Assembly (NCBI GenBank): GCA_010405405.1 | Contig: MU004235.1 | Coordinates: 1,626,538-1,690,537, forward strand | Origin: Microthyrium microscopicum | Lineage: Eukaryota | Length of the DNA: 64,000 nt | Reading direction: 5' to 3' | Shown: piece by piece, positions 46,956 through 59,105 of the stretch | Numbering within the stretch: the first letter of the stretch is position 1 | Layout: each line of letters opens with the position of its first letter | The notes under the pieces: model-generated | The model's input: only the letters and a program-made list of their open reading frames with translations | Databases searched by the model: none | What the model was told of the DNA's origin: nothing | Program-made: the position numbers and the translations under genes

Positions 46956-49900
46956 ATGCTTTCCTCTCGCTCGTTTGTTAGTGTTTTGCTTGGTTTGGGG
47001 TCTTTGGTTTCTGCGCATCCTGGACATGGTGGATTGGATTTGTTCAAAGTCGTCAAAAGACAGGCGTCAATCACACAGCCTGATAATGGACCTACCAATG
47101 GACAAATGTGTGGTCCTGCTTATGGAGATGCCGTGTGTGATGAAGGATGGTGCTGTGGTTTAGCTGGTGTTTGTGGACAAGGCGGTTATTACTGTACAGG
47201 ACCGGATTGTAAGAACTTGATTATCATGCTGCAAGTCAAAGCTAATCAGACGATCTTCAGGTCAGTTCCAATACGGACCTGCTTGCGATGCCAATATAGT
47301 ACCAGTTGTTGGTCCTGATACAACCAACATCCCTCGACCACTTCTAGGAGAAGTCCCATACGGTACCGCGATTACTCAATGCAACGAAAACGGTGTCTTC
47401 GCTATCACCTTTGATGATGGCCCTTATACATTCACCGAGTCATTGTTGAACTATCTCAAGTCCGAGAACATCAATGCTACCTTCTTCCTCACAGCGGCCA
47501 ACGGTGGCAAGGGCAATATCGGAGCTACAGACAATGAGTACCATGCTCTAGTTCAAAGAATGTTTGCTGATGGACATCAAATCGCCGGTCATACCTGGAC
47601 ACATCAGAACTTGACTGCCATCGGCCACGACTATCGCATGGATCAAATGATCAAGAATGAAAGAGCGATTGCCAACACCATTGGATTAGTCCCAACATAT
47701 ATGCGACCACCATATCTCGAATGCGACACGGGATGTGAAGCAGACATGCTTGCTCTTGGATACCATCTGATAGATATTGATCTGGACACTCTTGACTGGA
47801 CGGGCGACTATGTCAATGCCGAAGCCGCGCTAACTGCTGCGCTTAACATGCCACCCTCCGAAAACAGCTGGATTCCTCTGGAACACGATATCTTGAATGA
47901 AACTGTCAGCACCATGATTCCCTTCCTGGTCAACTTGATCAAAGAAAAAGGATACAAGACTGCCACTATTGGGGAATGTCTTGGAGATGATCCCAAGAAC
48001 TGGTATCGTGATCCCGTTACAGGAGCAGCTGCTGGCCCTGCGCGCGATTATGCGTTCAACTTCACAGGCCAGATTGCTTGCCAGCCTCCAGGAGTCACGT
48101 CCACTGACGGCCAGTGCGGTGCCAGCGGTGGAGGAACCATTTGCCCTCTTGGTCTTTGGTAAGTTTTGCATTATGCTTGCAATAACTTTGACTGACAACG
48201 AAACTCAGCTGTTCACAATACGGATACTGTTCCACTGGTTCTGATTTCTGTGACGTTGGATCCGGATGTCAATTCGACTTCGGTAAGCTCAACATCAAGC
48301 ATTATTCTGTCGCGAAACTAATAATATCGTCAATTAGGTGAATGCACTGGTATGGTTCATGCCTGCGGAGCCAACGCTACTTCCACTGCATCGGCCTCTT
48401 CTACAACAGCCACTGCTTCTGCGACCCCATCAGCAAGCTATTGTGGTCCCACTGGTTCTCTCAGCGCCACTGGTGCCTGCGGTGTGGTAAGCGGCGTTAC
48501 ATATGTCTGTGCGACCGGCAGCTGCTGCTCGCAATACGGATATTGTTCGACTGGAGATGATTTCTGTGGAACTGGTTGCCAGAGTGCCTTTGGTAAGTCT
48601 ACGCAATGTCGAGCTATGAGACAACGTCGCAATATGGCGCTTCTTGATCTGAGAACCATCTAACTTTAGTCTTCAGGTATCTGCAATGGTGTAACTCATG
48701 CCTGCAACACAACCTCGTCTGCCTCCTCCAGTGCCTCGTCAACAAAGTCGTCGTCAACTTCATCCATTCTGTCCTCGACTAAATCTTCCTCGGCTAGCTC
48801 CTCAACTTCAGTCTCATCTACTAAATCTTCCTCCGCGTCGAGTTCCTCGCTTGTTTCCTCAACCAAGTCCTCGTCCTCAAGCGCAGTGTCCTCATCATCA
48901 GCTAGCGCATCCAAGAGCTCATCTGTTTCATCGTCTGCCTCAAGCGCCTCCTCGTCAAGCGTCTCATCTTCAAAGGCAAGCTCTGCTTCTAGCACTTCTG
49001 GATCTTCTTCAGCATCCGTGTCATCGTCTGGCTCATCTACTAAGTCAACTGGCACTGCATCATCTTCTGCTTCTGGGTCGTCTTCTGCCTCCGTGTCATC
49101 TTCCAAGGCATCCTCCGCTCAATCCGCATCCGGATCCAGCTCGTCTAGCGCCTCTTCGGTGGCATCAACTGCCAGCTCTTCAGCAGCGTCATCGTCCGTT
49201 GCTAGCTCCTCCTCACCTGCGAAATCTAGTACTGCATCATCCAGTGCAGCTTCCTCAGCCTCAGCCTCTGCTTCCGTCTCTTCTTCAGCCTCTTCAGCGG
49301 CAAGTTCCTCAGTAGCACCATCAAGCTCCAGCAAGGCTTCTTCTTCCTCGGCCTCTTCTTCCGCAGTTTCATCCTCTGTTGCTGCATCGAGCTCTGCTGT
49401 CGTCTCTTCATCAGCAGGTTCATCCTCTGTTGCTGCATCGAGCTCTGCTGTCGTCTCTTCATCAGCAATTTCTTCTTCTGTTGCCGCTTCGAGCTCTGCT
49501 GCAGTCTCTTCATCATCAATCCCATCTTCCGTTGGTACTTCAAGTGCCGCAGTTCCATCTGCATCAGGAAGTTGTGGAAGCAAGGGTTATGATGCTCAAA
49601 ATCCTGCCGCATTCTACTACAACGGAAACGTTGCGAACACTGCTGCCTGTGCTGCTATTTGCTCTTCCCAAAGTACATGTAAAGCATTTGCTTTCGGAAA
49701 TACTGAATGTCTTACGTACGAAGCTGTTGTCGCTGGTAACTTCAATGCCAATTCAGCCAGTCCATATGCCTTCTACGATATTACATGCTTTGCTTCGGTA
49801 TCAGCATCATCCTCAGCTGCCCCAAGCTCAGTAGTTTCTTCACCTGCGAAATCATCCAGCGCTCCAGCAGTGTCATCTCCAGCCAAGTCCTCCAGTGCTC

Positions 49901-50727
49901 CAGCTACTTCCTCGCCAGCCAAATCCTCAAGTGCTCCAGCAGCCTCCTCGCCTGTCAAGTCCTCCAGCGCTCCAGCATCATCCCCATCTGCAATTAAGAC
50001 CGTGGCATCTTCCTCCGCCGCAGCCAGCCCATCCGGCGTCATCAGCCCCGACGACACATGCGGTGGTACCAACAAGTACGTCTGCGGCTCTAACCAATGC
50101 TGCAGTCAGGTAAGCTTCCCCATATTCCGTTCCCATCTTTTACATCCTAACCAGTGAATAGTATGGCTACTGTGGAACCACAAGTGCCTACTGCGGCACC
50201 GGCTGCAACCCACTGTACGGCAAATGCACATCCACCGCCGCCGCAAGCTCACCAGCCGCTGTTGTTGGAGCCAAGTCATCCAGCGCCCCAGCAGCAAGCC
50301 CATCCGCTGTGTCAAGCGCCGGAACTAGCCCTGATGGAACTTGCGGTGGAACCAAGGGTTATACATGCGCATCAGGTCAATGTAAGTACTCCCATTACTC
50401 TCAAAGCACCGGAACAGATAGCTAATTATTTTCTCAGGTTGCTCCGAATACGGCTACTGCGGCACTGGCTCTAGCTACTGCGGAACAGGCTGCCAATCCA
50501 GCTTCAGCACTTCGTGCTCCGCATCATCCGGCAGTGGAGCAGCTGTAGTAGACAGCAGCACCAGCAGCTCAACCACCACCACTGGGGTGGTTTCCTCCAA
50601 CGGACTCTGCGGCGGAACGAATGGATCATGTCCAGGATCTCAATGCTGTAGCAAGTATGGATACTGCGGTACATCCTCCTCATACTGTGGAACAGGATGC
50701 CAGGCCTCATTCGGCACCTGTACCTAA
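46956..50727 (+). CDS. Secreted CE4 chitin/polysaccharide deacetylase with six CBM18 (hevein) modules, Ser/Ala-rich stalk and PAN/apple-like domain
   Basis: TFDDGP, HTWTH, RPPY, DTLDW, LEHD; repeated CG..C...CCS.YGYC modules; stop at 50725-50727; many short introns. Confidence 0.9.
49369..49520 (+). repeat. Coding tandem repeat, ~51-bp period (SSSVAASSSAVVSSSA)
   Basis: TCATCCTCTGTTGCTGCATCGAGCTCTGCTGTCGTCTCTTCATCAGCA at about 49369 and 49420, plus a degenerate third copy. Confidence 0.75.
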
Positions 50728-50882
50728 AGTTAGCGATGCGTTCAATCTGGAGCGGACATAGCGTGTATTTTATTTTGTACAGTTGTAGGATGTAATGATG
50801 GTAACTAAGTAGTTAGGTACCCTTTATGTAATAGCTATGTTCAAAATCCACAAGTTTATACTTTAGCATATTATCTCATTTC

Positions 50883-51930
50883 CTACACGGTAGGCCACCC
50901 TCCGTCAAACCTCACCCTATTCCACCCAAACTTCTTCTGCCCATCAGCATACCCAATCCGTGTATCAACGTAATGGTAGTAGATGATCGGACCCATACTC
51001 GGATCATCATACACGCCTTGCCCACCTGGCGCATACACCCAGTCATGGCTCGGCAACACCGCGGTTCCGCCTCCGCTCTTGCAGTTCTTACCATCGCGAT
51101 CGACATACGGGCCAGTCGGTCCCCCATTCGACACACACGCTAGAATCTTATACTCCTGTCCTCGCGCTGGCCGATTCTTGTCCAGCGCACAGCATTTGCC
51201 TGCCGAGAAGAACAGCCACCATTTCCCACCGTTCTTGAAAATGTACGGCGCTTCAACGGCATGTTCGCCAGAGGGCTGGAATGCGATTTGCACGTCAGAA
51301 CCTGTTTTGCGGATGCGGCCTTCGGTGATGGAGACGGGTGCGATGTAGAGATCGGTCCAGAAAGAGCCGAACGTTATGTAGGCTGCGTCAGGCGCGAGGA
51401 CGAGATTTCCGTCAATGGCGTTGTATTTTGCGTTTTTGGAGGAGCGGATGCCAGTTTCGCCCCTATCGGTCCAGGACCCGACGTCCATGGTGGAAGAGGT
51501 TGCGTAGCCGATGGCAGAGTCTTGAGAGCCAAAGGCAGAGACGGCGTAGAGCATGTAGTATAGGGAACCGATTTTAGTTACGTCGGGGGCCTATGCGAAC
51601 GACGGGAGCGTTAGACATATCTCATAACTGGGAACAAGGTAAATTGAATGGGGGAAGAAAACGTACCCAGAGATCCTCGCGGCCCTTGAGATTGATGCTA
51701 GAGCCACGCGGTATGGCGGCGCCTTTGTAGACCCAGGGACCAGTGATGTTTGGCGCAGTGTGTATTGCGATCTTGCCGTTCGTCGAGAATCGGAAGTATG
51801 TGCCATCATTGCGTTTTATTATAGCTGGATCGTGAGCGTTGCCGCATGTGCCGGTACATGCTAGAGGCGTAGAGTATGCTGATACCAGGGCAGCGAAAAT
51901 GTTAAGCCATATTAGAATGGTGGTCGCCAT
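50883..51930 (-). CDS. GH43 endo-1,5-alpha-L-arabinanase (AbnA-like), 2 exons
   Basis: Signal peptide; AHDPAIIKRNDGTYFRFST, DLWAPDV, YNAIDGN, FGSFW, AVEAPY, YAPGGQGV; intron about 51591-51665. Confidence 0.92.
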
Positions 51931-52274
51931 GATGTCTGGTATGATATAACTGTGGCATGAAGTATCGTCTAGTATGTTACGGACTGCATTTACCCTGAGA
52001 TGAATGAATGGACTATTTTTTGAGAACCGACATTCGGGGTTATAGTAGTATGGAGTAATATATCGATCTAAAAAATAGTGCAAGATTATCTAGATGCAGC
52101 TGTATAAATAACCCTATATTTCTCTATACTACTTTCTCCACATTCTATATTCACCAGTCAGCAGATGTACGTTTGTTTGCAGCATGAACAATACCTTCAT
52201 AATTGCATCATTTACTTGCTCACCAAGTCGAAAGCCTAAATGTTGCATACATGTCATACTTTGAAACGTTGTCC

Positions 52275-53803
52275 TCATACCAGCGCAGTACTGTGTCCCG
52301 TAGGTCCATACGAAGTATCTGATCACAATTAGCACATCAATATTCAACTCCCCGGAAGTCCGAAAACTCACAATCGATAGTAACAAAAGCTCTATCAACC
52401 TCAACCAGCCCCTCCAAACAATACTGCAATGTCTCCGCAACATCATGCGCTCGTACCAGCACCTCATTCGCATCCAGCAAAATATCCACCTCACACCATA
52501 CCCCATCGCCTGCATGATACGCTCTTATGCTCTTGAAGCCTTGCACTAAGCTCGAGAAGCGATATGCCACAAACGTGATCTTCTGCACCACGCGCTCGTC
52601 CGCCGCACTGCCTGAGAGCCGGACGACGTTCTCAACGCACGTGTGACTCCAGTCAATTATGATGAAAATACTCAACAGACCAGCGCCCAATGGGTCCAGC
52701 CACCAAATGTCCCAGTGGTGACCAATTGCTGGGAAAAGCAGCGAGAGCGTGTTGAAAATGACATCTGTTTTGCAGTCCTGGGCTAGTGCTTGCACTTGTG
52801 TGGTGGGTATGCGTATGCATATTATCCAGATGGCGCCTTTAACAGCGATGGTTGCGGCCATGGCGAAGATGGCGATTGGCGCTAGAGCTGCGACGGTGTG
52901 ATGGCCCGAGGGTAGCAGTTTGCTGAAAGACTCTTGCAGGATTTGCAGGAATGATATGACCATTATTATGGAGAAGACCAATATACCGAGGGGCTCGAGA
53001 CGACGCCGGCCGACTGGAAAACGTGCGTGGAGGGAGGAGAGTCGCCAGGAAACGAGTTTGTTGGTAGACCAGATTATGATAGTGCAAAGAAGGTCGAGGG
53101 CGGAGTCGACGAGGGAGGCTATGAGGGATAGGGAGGAGGAGAAGAAGACGGCGCCAATTTTGGCGGCGAGGAGGAAGATGTTTGCAAGGACGTTGATCTA
53201 TGATTGTCAGAAGGGGCATTTTTCGAAAAGAAAGGATGGGGAAATCTTGCGTTGATGGCCCATTTTGCTTTGCGGCCAGCTGTTTGCCTCTTCATGATCT
53301 CGTTTTCGGGAAGAAAAGCTTCCATGTCTTCACCAACATTTTGCAGAGCGCCGGCGTTTTCCAAGATGCCATCATAATCCGGGTCTGGATTGAAGCTTTC
53401 CAATACATCATCAGCTAGAGCGATCACCAGAGCGTCGACTTCAAGCCAGTCATTCAGCCGTTGGTTTTGCTCTTCATAGAATCGTTTGACCTTGGGGTTG
53501 TTGATTTTCTTGATCTGGAAACAGGCATAAGTATCAGTTGTATGATGTGGTGAAGGTACCCACATCTTCATCCGACATGCGATACTTCTCCCAATCTTGA
53601 CCGTCGGCAGACTTGAGGAGCTTGTTTTTCATCTCCTCTCTATTATGCTCCTCCAGTGCTCTGTCGGTAAACTTGAAAAGACGCGGTCTGTCTGCTCTTG
53701 GGACATCATCGTTATTTCCAGTATGTCGTCGGATAGGCTTCTTTGGCTTTTGAGCACCATTGACATGGTGGTCGGTGTTTGCCCATGTTCGCTTTCCTAC
53801 CAT
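52275..53803 (-). CDS. Cation diffusion facilitator (Mn-CDF/MTP-like) transporter; start codon uncertain
   Basis: FYEEQNQRL, SLIASLVDSALDLL, QDCKTDVIFN, WWLDPLGA, AHDVAETLQYCLEGL.EVDRAFV; last exon ends GPTGHSTALV*. Confidence 0.85.
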
Positions 53804-54531
53804 CTTGACGCAATCCAACGAAAATGGAGAATTCCAACCATCTATCAATCAGATTGCGAGGGCCGGGATATGTATACTTGGTCGAGATGTTGACTCCGGT
53901 TCGTGGTGGATGTCGCGTGGAGAAACGGCTGCAATGGCGCGTCATGCTGGGCCTTTTGCTTAAAATCCCTGCTCTCATCACCACCTCCACTCCGTTGAAT
54001 TGAAATACCAGTTTTGATGGTGACCATTTCAGCCCATCAGAATTATTCCCGTCAAAGCCGTTGAACGCCTCCTGGTTAGTAAGGTATGAAGCTGCGAATG
54101 CTTGGCTTCAACTCCCAGCCCCGCCGTGATATTCTTGGAAAGCTTAAACTTTTCTGACACTGAGCTCTAGGTACCCTACTCTCTGAAGCATAGAGTACCC
54201 CTTAGTCCCACCAAACATCTTAACTACTACACAATAACAGACAAAACATATTAGGACTTCGCGCCATCACCACTATGCAGTTGGTACCAGTAACACATTG
54301 AACAACAACACTACTACTCAAGTCAAGCTGCGTATAGGCACACTCGCTAAACCGAGATTGAATCATAGCATACTAGTACATTATGCTATCGAATTCGTAT
54401 ACAGAGAAATCGTTATACGAAGCTCAATCCCAAGTACCTTTCCAGGAAACACTGCCAAAGCCAGATTGGATAAGTATTGAATTCTGTGACATTTGGTTAT
54501 GATATCTACCTATATCAGTGCGCGATACAAG

Positions 54532-55599
54532 ATGGAAAAGGAAAACGGTTACCAGTCTTTGGCCAAGTTCAAGGCATCTGCTCCAGGAGCAGCGATATTT
54601 AAAAACCCCAACGAACTTAACTTACGCGACCTTCTAGATATGCAAGAAAATATTTTTAACCCCAGAACGAGTATACGTGCCCATCGACAAGCATTGAACC
54701 ACTTATCAAGTGATGCTGCAGCCAAACAAGATTCAATAAACTACAAAGCGCACTCCAGCTAAAATCGACTAACATGAAGCAACTTCTTCATGATTACAGT
54801 GGGTTATTACATCCAGCCTATCAAGTCTATAGAACGCCTGCGAGCTCACAATGGACGAATGAATACAGATGAAGCACTGATTCATCAATCTACAATCTTC
54901 TCGATGCCTGTACCCCGGCAAGCCTGGGCAAGTGGTCGCAACGTTTTGCGTCACTGGATTGTCCACCCAGAAGGTGAAAATGCAATCTGGAATGGAGTTG
55001 AGGATCAGTCATTTCAGCGCAGTGTTTTAAGCAAAGAGCTCGTTGCATTATCTCGTCGGCCCGACTTCGATCTATTTTCAAATTTCCTGGCTAAGACAAT
55101 TGCTCGTAAGTTGTTTAGGAGAATGTACAAAGTATATCAGGTAAGAGTGATTCATCCGCCTAACCGTAGAGTGAGCATCTGAAAAACGTGTGTACTAACA
55201 CCAACACAACAGATAACTACGGGCAAAAACGCCCAGGAGCTAGTAGTGGACGTCGACGGCAAGTACTTCGAACTGATTGCAAAAATATCTAGAGTAATGT
55301 TAGCTACAATCTTTTCATCCATCGCAGTTATGATACTATATCTGATACCGAGCTGGATAACGCGCCTGGGATTGATCATTCTCTTCTCATTCGTCTTTGC
55401 AACTGTTGCTGCGTGCTTCACCACGGCTAGACCTATCGACATCTTTGCTGTCACTGCCGCGTAAGTCTTCCACCAAAAATATATAAACAATGATGCTAAT
55501 GTATTTCGAAGGTGTGCTTCGGTCCAAGTTGTTTTCGTTGGTAGTACAAGTACAACTCTTGGGACGCCAAGCAATAATACCAATTGTACCTGTGGATGA
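54532..55599 (+). pseudogene. DUF6594-like membrane protein, possibly disrupted
   Basis: GYQSLAKF..AIF..LNLRDLLDMQ at the N-terminus; three TM segments and FAVTAACASVQVVFVGS at the C-terminus; stop at 54760-54762 and a frame change before QLLHDY with no convincing intron. Confidence 0.55.
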
Positions 55600-56217
55600 G
55601 TTTCGAGGCTCCTATAGGCTATGCCAAATGAGGTGACGAGTTATACTTTGAGTACCTTCTATTGGAGTAACAGCACAACGAGAGAATTGATTCCCCATTT
55701 AATACTCCAACTTGCTCATGACTGAGGAATATTTATATCATGAACGCTATGTTATTCAATATAGTACTAAGTGTATGCTTGTTCAATGAATGATCCAAAA
55801 GACATAACATGAACTAGTAGAGATACAAAGTCGATTTTAGGGTCCAAGAACCCTGTTGATCTTAGAATCCTCTTCATACACCTCTCTAGTGAGTGAAGAA
55901 TACATGTCTTTGCAAACATTGCCCTCAAGTAATTGTCCATATATTTCAGGAAGAGTTGTTGACCTCGGAACGCCAAATGTCAGAGCTTGATCAGGCCGCA
56001 GTATTCTGAGCTTTGCTACTCGTTGTTGGAACATTACTACTGCACGAATACGCGGTCTCTAGGCAGCTATATCCCTGACTCTTTCTGTACTTCAGGTATT
56101 GAAGTTAACCTCACTTTAAGACTTCTGTGACTTCATCTCATCAACTACGGTTACCAGAGTTCCCAACTCTAATCATACATTTTAGCTTCGGAGTCTCTCA
56201 TGCAACTGCTGATTAAC

Positions 56218-57086
56218 ATGGATATAACTCCTGCAGTACAGCCTGTTTTTCTCATCCAGGAACTCTTTGAGGAGGTATGATTCAATTCCGTCATCATCTA
56301 TCGTCATTGGGTCCATTCCACTATGGCCTAGCAACTGCATATTCAATAATCCTATCTGATGTCTCCTGAATCCGATATCAATCTCGGTTTCTCACAAATC
56401 TTATCCCCCCATATCAAAAGCTAACAACCTTCCAGATCTTTCAATATCTGGACTTGAAAGACCTCTACCGCCTCCTCGGCGTCTGCCATCTATTCAACCA
56501 CCATATCAGCACATCCACTCCCCTGCGCCGCCTCATGTTCATCACACCCTCCTCCACCGGCACCATCGTTCCCCTGCGCATAACAAATTACATATCGCCA
56601 CGCATCCCCCGCCGCCCAGAAACAATCTGGTCCACCAATCCCTCCAAAACCTCCAATACCACCCTCAACTCTACTAGTATGGAGATCCCCCGCCCAACAC
56701 TAAACCCCGAAATATCCTACCTCTGCATAAACAAATTTCTCCACACCCAACGCCTCAAACGCACCGCTCCCCCCTTCTCCACCAACTGGAACCAAAACCA
56801 ATACAACACCCACCACTCCCTTCTCCCACCCGCCCACGCAGATTTCGCCCTCCGACTGGTACCCCGTAGTATCCAGAGTATGGAGAAGCATGATTCTCGC
56901 CGGCGCATGTTAGTGACGCAGCCGCCAGTGGCAGATGTGGTGGTGGGGAGAAGTGATGCGTTGTGGGGGTTATATGAGGCGCATAATGAGAAGGGGGTTA
57001 CGGTGGGGGATGTGTTGGATGCGGAGGCACGGGTTAGTGGGACGAATGATCGGGTTTATGGGGCGAGATTTGAGGGATGGCGGTGA
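56218..57086 (+). CDS. F-box domain protein, 2 exons
   Basis: Exon 1 (56218-56274, VFLIQELFEE) joins via intron 56275-56435 to IFQYLDLKDLYRLLGVCHLFNHHI; RRMLVTQPP and GVTVGDV. Confidence 0.75.
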
Positions 57087-57920
57087 TATGGAGGAATGAT
57101 TTGGAGTTGGAGTTAGTATGGCTCGGGTTGAACGTTTTGTATTTTTTAGGTGGGGAGTTGTCAATGAATTCGAGATGGGTTCTCCAGTGCTTCATGAGAT
57201 CGAAAGTGAGGATGGTCGTTGAGCCGTTTTAGCATGCTACTTACTGCCTTGTAAATTTCTCAGAGTGATGGCGTTATATGCGGTTCTTTTCTCAATATAA
57301 ACCAGTGACTATCTTATACGTACTACGGGTGAGACGAATATGTTAACCCCTCAGTGGGTGAAGTGATAGATAGTTTGTTTTTTTCCGTAGAGAACTTTAG
57401 AAAGAACATGTAGCTTCATGATATCTTCCTCGACTAGACGAAAAGAATCATGGAACTATATGTAATCACTTGGAGCATATTTTGTGGAACCAGAATTGAT
57501 TATGGAGCACCAGATGGGGGTATATTTGATGGAGAACTAGCTAAAACTTAATTTGAGTATCGTGAATATGCAGAAAAGCCAAAGGGAACATATGGACGTA
57601 GTTGATAAGAGTATAGTGGATGGGCCTATTTCACTAGAGGAATAATCAATCGAGAGACAGAGTACCAGTTAATTTGTTGCCAGTCGTCATCGACAAGGCT
57701 GAAAGTCAGCCCGATAGACAAGATCAAGATCAAAATACAGAATTGCCCCCAATCAGCGTCATAAGCGATCAACGAACGCAACTAGTGACACAATTACAAC
57801 CGACTGTGTGGTTAATCGTCTGTGCTCTTGAGACAATCTGTCAATCATTCACAATTTTACAATATCAAGGTCAATCATTTACCTGTTCCCGGTCTTGGCA
57901 GCTATGCATAAGCTAGTGGG

Positions 57921-57928
57921 TGACGTCA
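57921..57928. promoter_or_regulatory. CRE (ATF/CREB-type) palindrome TGACGTCA upstream of the kinase gene
   Basis: Perfect 8-mer, with a TTACGTCA variant at 58365-58372. Confidence 0.4.
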
Positions 57929-59105
57929 AAATGGCTTTTGCGGGGCTCAAGGGCTTGACCTGGTTTCTTGGATGTCGCAGGTACAGATGTACAATCGCAA
58001 CTAGTTGTAATTATTGTTAATAGAGAAGTTGTTAATTGTTGTAACTTTAGACACTAGTACGTGTGGACAAGGTGACGATAGAATTCGAGGCTGACAATTG
58101 GACGGAAGAATCATGACGAATGGGTAGAAATAGTGGAGTTTTCTGCTCGGAGTAAAGTCCGCTGTCTATTCCCGCATCATAAAACTGGAGAAGATACTGG
58201 ACCAGTGGACATAACGGCATGGGCGCTCGAGGTTTACGCAAGCTGGGTATATCTGGCAGATGGCTTTGACGATTGATTTCTTAGACGTGAATATTCTTCT
58301 GTAGTAAACAATGGTTGTTGGCGACGCAGAGAGGCGTTGTAAAAGAAGTCAAGTTGGTAGTTCCTTACGTCATCAGGTGTAAGCAGAAGAGCAAAAATGA
58401 GGGGCACCAAATTGATTTGATCTTGTTTTGAAGAAGAGAGTTTGTAGTGCTTCCGAATCCAAGCCGTCACTCTGTAGTCTGTATGCATAATCTACTTTCT
58501 CCTACTTTCAACCCTGTATCTTCCTACCTGCAGCCATAGTACTGCTCTACCTAGCCAAGCAATCTCTCGTTGGTTTTACAGTCATCCTTCCCGTCTTGGG
58601 CAGTAACACTCGGGAGTAGTACAGTCGCATCAAGTCTCGATCAAGTACCCTTCCTTCCCCAACAACCCTTCACTCCTTCCTTTCACTCATCAGGCTAGAT
58701 CATCCGCCCCTGCCGGATCAAGAATCTGTTATTACAAAGTAGTCAGTCGCCAGTCACACACAGAGCAAGTAGCCAATCGCCCCTACCATACCAAGCAAGT
58801 ACCGCCAAAGGAAGGAACGTTGGGTCAACTTGGGCCCACACTGCACAGCAACTACCTGTTCCTGTTACAGTTACCACTTTGAATAGCATCATCCCGCCAT
58901 TCCGTCATCCACCGCAACGTCTAACCACTTTTCTCCACTACTACCTATTCTACCTCCCAGCCGACTTCTCTTTTCTTCTACTCTCATCTGCACCCTCACT
59001 CTCTTCACCTACTTCCCCCTTCTTGGTCTTGAGCCCGTACATCTACTTTGCCTTTTATTGTCCTCCACAACGCAACACATTCTTGACTTCCGCCCATTCG
59101 ACATC

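Noticed and set aside
48696..50075. Glu/Asp/Ala-rich minus-strand ORFs
   Set aside because: Antisense reading of the Ser/Ala stalk of the deacetylase
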